NCBI GenBank assembly: GCA_963817385.1
Contig: CAWFOM010000025.1
Span: 1-64,000 of the forward strand
Source: an uncultured delta proteobacterium
Lineage (GTDB): Bacteria > Desulfobacterota > Syntrophia > Syntrophales > UBA5619
DNA: 64,000 nucleotides
Reading direction: 5' to 3'
Below the pieces are notes generated by a model. The model saw nothing but the letters and a program-made list of their open reading frames with translations. It was not told the origin of the DNA and made no database searches. The position numbers and the translations under genes are program-made. Numbering within the stretch: the first letter of the stretch is position 1; every line of letters begins with the position of its first letter. Positions 61,314 through 64,000 of the stretch are shown here, one piece after another.

Positions 61314-64000
61314 TTATGGAATGCCGATCTTGCCTATTTCTGTCCTTTCTGGTCCTGTTGTTACCCAGAACGCCGTGGCTACTCCATCAAGACGACCCTC
61401 TTTTATCCTCATGCATCCGCTGAGTTCCATCCGGCCTGGCCAATTCTCATCTCTCTGCCATCCACCTCGGATGTCTTTTTCACCGAGAAGCGTCCATACA
61501 AGCCGGTACCCTTTGGTCTCCAGGAATGCGGACATGCATTCTTTATCCATCAGAAAGGCCCGTGGACCAGGATTTCTGATAGAAGGATCTTGGGTCACCA
61601 GGTCTCCTGCGGCGTTGAAAAAGCACCCATCGACCCCACGCCACGACAACTGCATATTGTTCGTAATCCATTTGGCTGGCAGATACATTGAGATCGTCTC
61701 GTCAATCGAACAGTCGTAGCCCGATCGCTCCTGCATGTATTGATCAGTAGTTACGAGAACGTCGCACGGCAGAGGAGGATCCGCGTGTCCTCTTGTCCAG
61801 CCATCGCGGCTGTAGTAAGAATCATCAAAGTACTTGAAGGCAGGAGCCCAAAAGAACTCACCCAAACAGATACTCGTCTGTTCGCTAGACTCTGGCATCC
61901 TACTTCCCATGAAGTGCTGCTCGTTAGCCCAGTCATAGAATCGTGCTTCGTCCTCGGCTTTCACCAAATAACTCTTGAGCATGTACCAGATATTGCGCCG
62001 ACTAATGTTGAACCTGTCCTTCTCGGGTGGCGTAGGCTCCTCCCAGTCGTAGAAGCACTCGAGGACGAGCCACTCCCTGCCAGTATGCGGATCAGTCACC
62101 ACCGGCAACGGAGTAATCGTAGGCAGGAGGTCAATCCGTTTTCGCCACTGGACTTCATCCGGTTCTGTTGCCCAGTCGTCAAAAAGAACTGGCGCCCACC
62201 ATGCGGAAACATTGGGTTCCCATTCACTGCGGCGAGTGGCCTTTAGCAAACATGAGGGATCAATGTCGCGACGCCCCAACTGCCAGGGGCCAACATAGAC
62301 ATTAGACTTCTCGGACCAAATGTTCTCTCGGAACTCCAGATTGTCCGCCATATGCGCGAGGAACTCGTGGTATGCAATCCATTGGTACTTCTTGCCGATT
62401 CGTTCCGGCTTGTAGGCAGAACGGCCAGTGTCTCTATATCGTTCACGGTATCTGTCAAACCTGCCGAAGCGTTCAACAGTCCACCCGAGATCAATCACGC
62501 GCTTAAAAATCCATCTCTGGGCAATACTGACGGGAAGAGCGAACTCGTCTTGCTCTGCTGGCGAAGCATCTAGGTATGGGAGAACCGTTGTACAGAACAC
62601 GAAGGTCTTCTTTTTGCCCAAAGTTTTTCGGAATATGCCCTCCGCTTGATGCAGTGCTGCTGCCAATTCATCATCAGTGAATTTCCGATTGAACATCTCT
62701 CTCCTATTAGCTGCGTCTAACCGATGGTAGAGCTCCACGATGTGCTTGATTTTCAGATAGGAATCCCATGCCTTCCTCTGACGTTCAGCGAGTGAGTCCT
62801 CAAAAGCATCATATTGTTCCTTCCGGGATGGTATGCGTGGCTCGTTGAGACGGCGTGCTGACCAGTGAAGCTTGCCCCTGTCTGAACCCAGGATATATCG
62901 AGCAAAGTCTTCCGAGCCCATTACGGAATTATAAATTGAATGAAGCGCCCATTCCTCGTCAGGCATTCCCTGACTCCATTCACCATACTTCTCTATCTCC
63001 TCTTTTGGAGGAATGTCCAGGGGCCATTTGCTAATATATGGAGGTCTGACCTTCTCTGGCTGTACGTCCGTAAGATTCACACTATCGCGCAGCGCAACTT
63101 CGACGACACCTCTCGCATAGTCGCGTAGAAGAATGTGGCACGGGGGCGAATCATCTTTGAATACAAGTTCGTATACAATCTTGCCCAGTTGGCGCTTCGC
63201 CTCAGAATTATTGCTCCGGAGAGCACATCCATAGGCAACGGCGTAGAGCCGTTCCAGTACGTAAGGATCGTTAACCTTAACAAACTCGGGAATCACTTGA
63301 CACAAGACATGCATGCGATCAACGAAAAGCGATACTAGTGCTTTTGTTGCCCGGTCTCGTAGAAAACGATGGGAGGTCGTAAGAAACCAGACCAACACCT
63401 TTCCTACAAGACGAATGGATTCGTCGGAAAGGTGGGACTTAGCGATTTCGGACCATGCCCAGTCAATTAGGCGGTCTACAGACCCCTTCTCTCCATATTC
63501 ATCATAGAGAAAGATAGACCACTGGACATCGCGGTCAGGTAATTCGAGACTCATCAGGTGGCTGTGCAAAAAATCTGCGTTAAACGGGTGTTCAGGATTT
63601 GGTGAGATTGTTAGGAACGCGTTTAGTAACTTGCGTTCAAGATCTTGTTCACCAATAATATGCTCATTGATGTAAGGTAAGCATCTATCAGAGACGGTTT
63701 TAGGGTCCCGCCATAGCAAACTCTCGATGAACGCCTCACATATCGGATGTGCGTCTTGGGTAGCGGGGATGAGCTCGAAGATTTCCATGCCGAGTATCTC
63801 TGGTCCCTGAATCGCGAGCGCCTCGGCTAAGCCACGGTTTTGCCAACAGGCCATTTCGTCCGCGAAACATTCACCAAGGGGCATGCCTCGGTCAAATGAT
63901 GCAGTTGGATTGTCTCTGTCAACGTGCTTATCGAGGAGTTCTCGCATGACTAGATGATCCGCCAGACGCTCGTATGAGAAAGTGATCATCTCCTGATGCT
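61314..64000 (-). CDS. C-terminal part of an Avs2-like (AVAST STAND NTPase) antiphage protein; 5' end off-window
   Basis: FSYERLADH, RFLRDRATKAL, NDPYVLERLYAVAYG, ERIGKKYQWIAY and RDIDPS motifs; composition differs from the core genes. Confidence 0.75.
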   Translation of the reverse strand, partial: HQEMITFSYERLADHLVMRELLDKHVDRDNPTASFDRGMPLGECFADEMACWQNRGLAEALAIQGPEILGMEIFELIPATQDAHPICEAFIESLLWRDPKTVSDRCLPYINEHIIGEQDLERKLLNAFLTISPNPEHPFNADFLHSHLMSLELPDRDVQWSIFLYDEYGEKGSVDRLIDWAWSEIAKSHLSDESIRLVGKVLVWFLTTSHRFLRDRATKALVSLFVDRMHVLCQVIPEFVKVNDPYVLERLYAVAYGCALRSNNSEAKRQLGKIVYELVFKDDSPPCHILLRDYARGVVEVALRDSVNLTDVQPEKVRPPYISKWPLDIPPKEEIEKYGEWSQGMPDEEWALHSIYNSVMGSEDFARYILGSDRGKLHWSARRLNEPRIPSRKEQYDAFEDSLAERQRKAWDSYLKIKHIVELYHRLDAANRREMFNRKFTDDELAAALHQAEGIFRKTLGKKKTFVFCTTVLPYLDASPAEQDEFALPVSIAQRWIFKRVIDLGWTVERFGRFDRYRERYRDTGRSAYKPERIGKKYQWIAYHEFLAHMADNLEFRENIWSEKSNVYVGPWQLGRRDIDPSCLLKATRRSEWEPNVSAWWAPVLFDDWATEPDEVQWRKRIDLLPTITPLPVVTDPHTGREWLVLECFYDWEEPTPPEKDRFNISRRNIWYMLKSYLVKAEDEARFYDWANEQHFMGSRMPESSEQTSICLGEFFWAPAFKYFDDSYYSRDGWTRGHADPPLPCDVLVTTDQYMQERSGYDCSIDETISMYLPAKWITNNMQLSWRGVDGCFFNAAGDLVTQDPSIRNPGPRAFLMDKECMSAFLETKGYRLVWTLLGEKDIRGGWQRDENWPGRMELSGCMRIKEGRLDGVATAFWVTTGPERTEIGKIGIP

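Overview
GC-rich bacterial chromosome segment. Gene content (AOR, DUF362, HDOD, TRAP, AtoE, tandem ThyX, KamA cluster) suggests an anaerobic Desulfobacterota/Syntrophales-like organism; this is inference. Core blocks: pyk; pstSCAB-phoU-phoR-phoB with a 4-unit Pho box; ettA; thiM-thiE; gloB-gloA; pit/DUF47; mutM; ccdA/TlpA; an adh-moaD-aor-SDR-atoE cluster; thyX; larA-like/gnd/kdgK; a TRAP/acyl-CoA ligase block; and the C-terminal part of an Avs2-like defence protein at the right edge. About 17 genes carry indel frameshifts, most likely long-read assembly errors. Main leads: (1) a kamA-ATP-grasp-ATP-grasp-GNAT operon preceded by an unannotated 17-codon leader ORF whose stop overlaps a terminator-like hairpin; (2) an OsmC-like selenoprotein split at an in-frame UGA with a SECIS-like hairpin; (3) a metallophosphoesterase-nucleotidyltransferase fusion; (4) two integrase-free toxin-antitoxin islets, each bracketed by a diverged duplicate of the neighbouring gene's 3' end; (5) a chimeric gene joining an HsdR N-terminus to a secreted hydrolase. 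No rRNA, tRNA, CRISPR array or transposase was seen. All calls come from motif recognition; no database searches were run.
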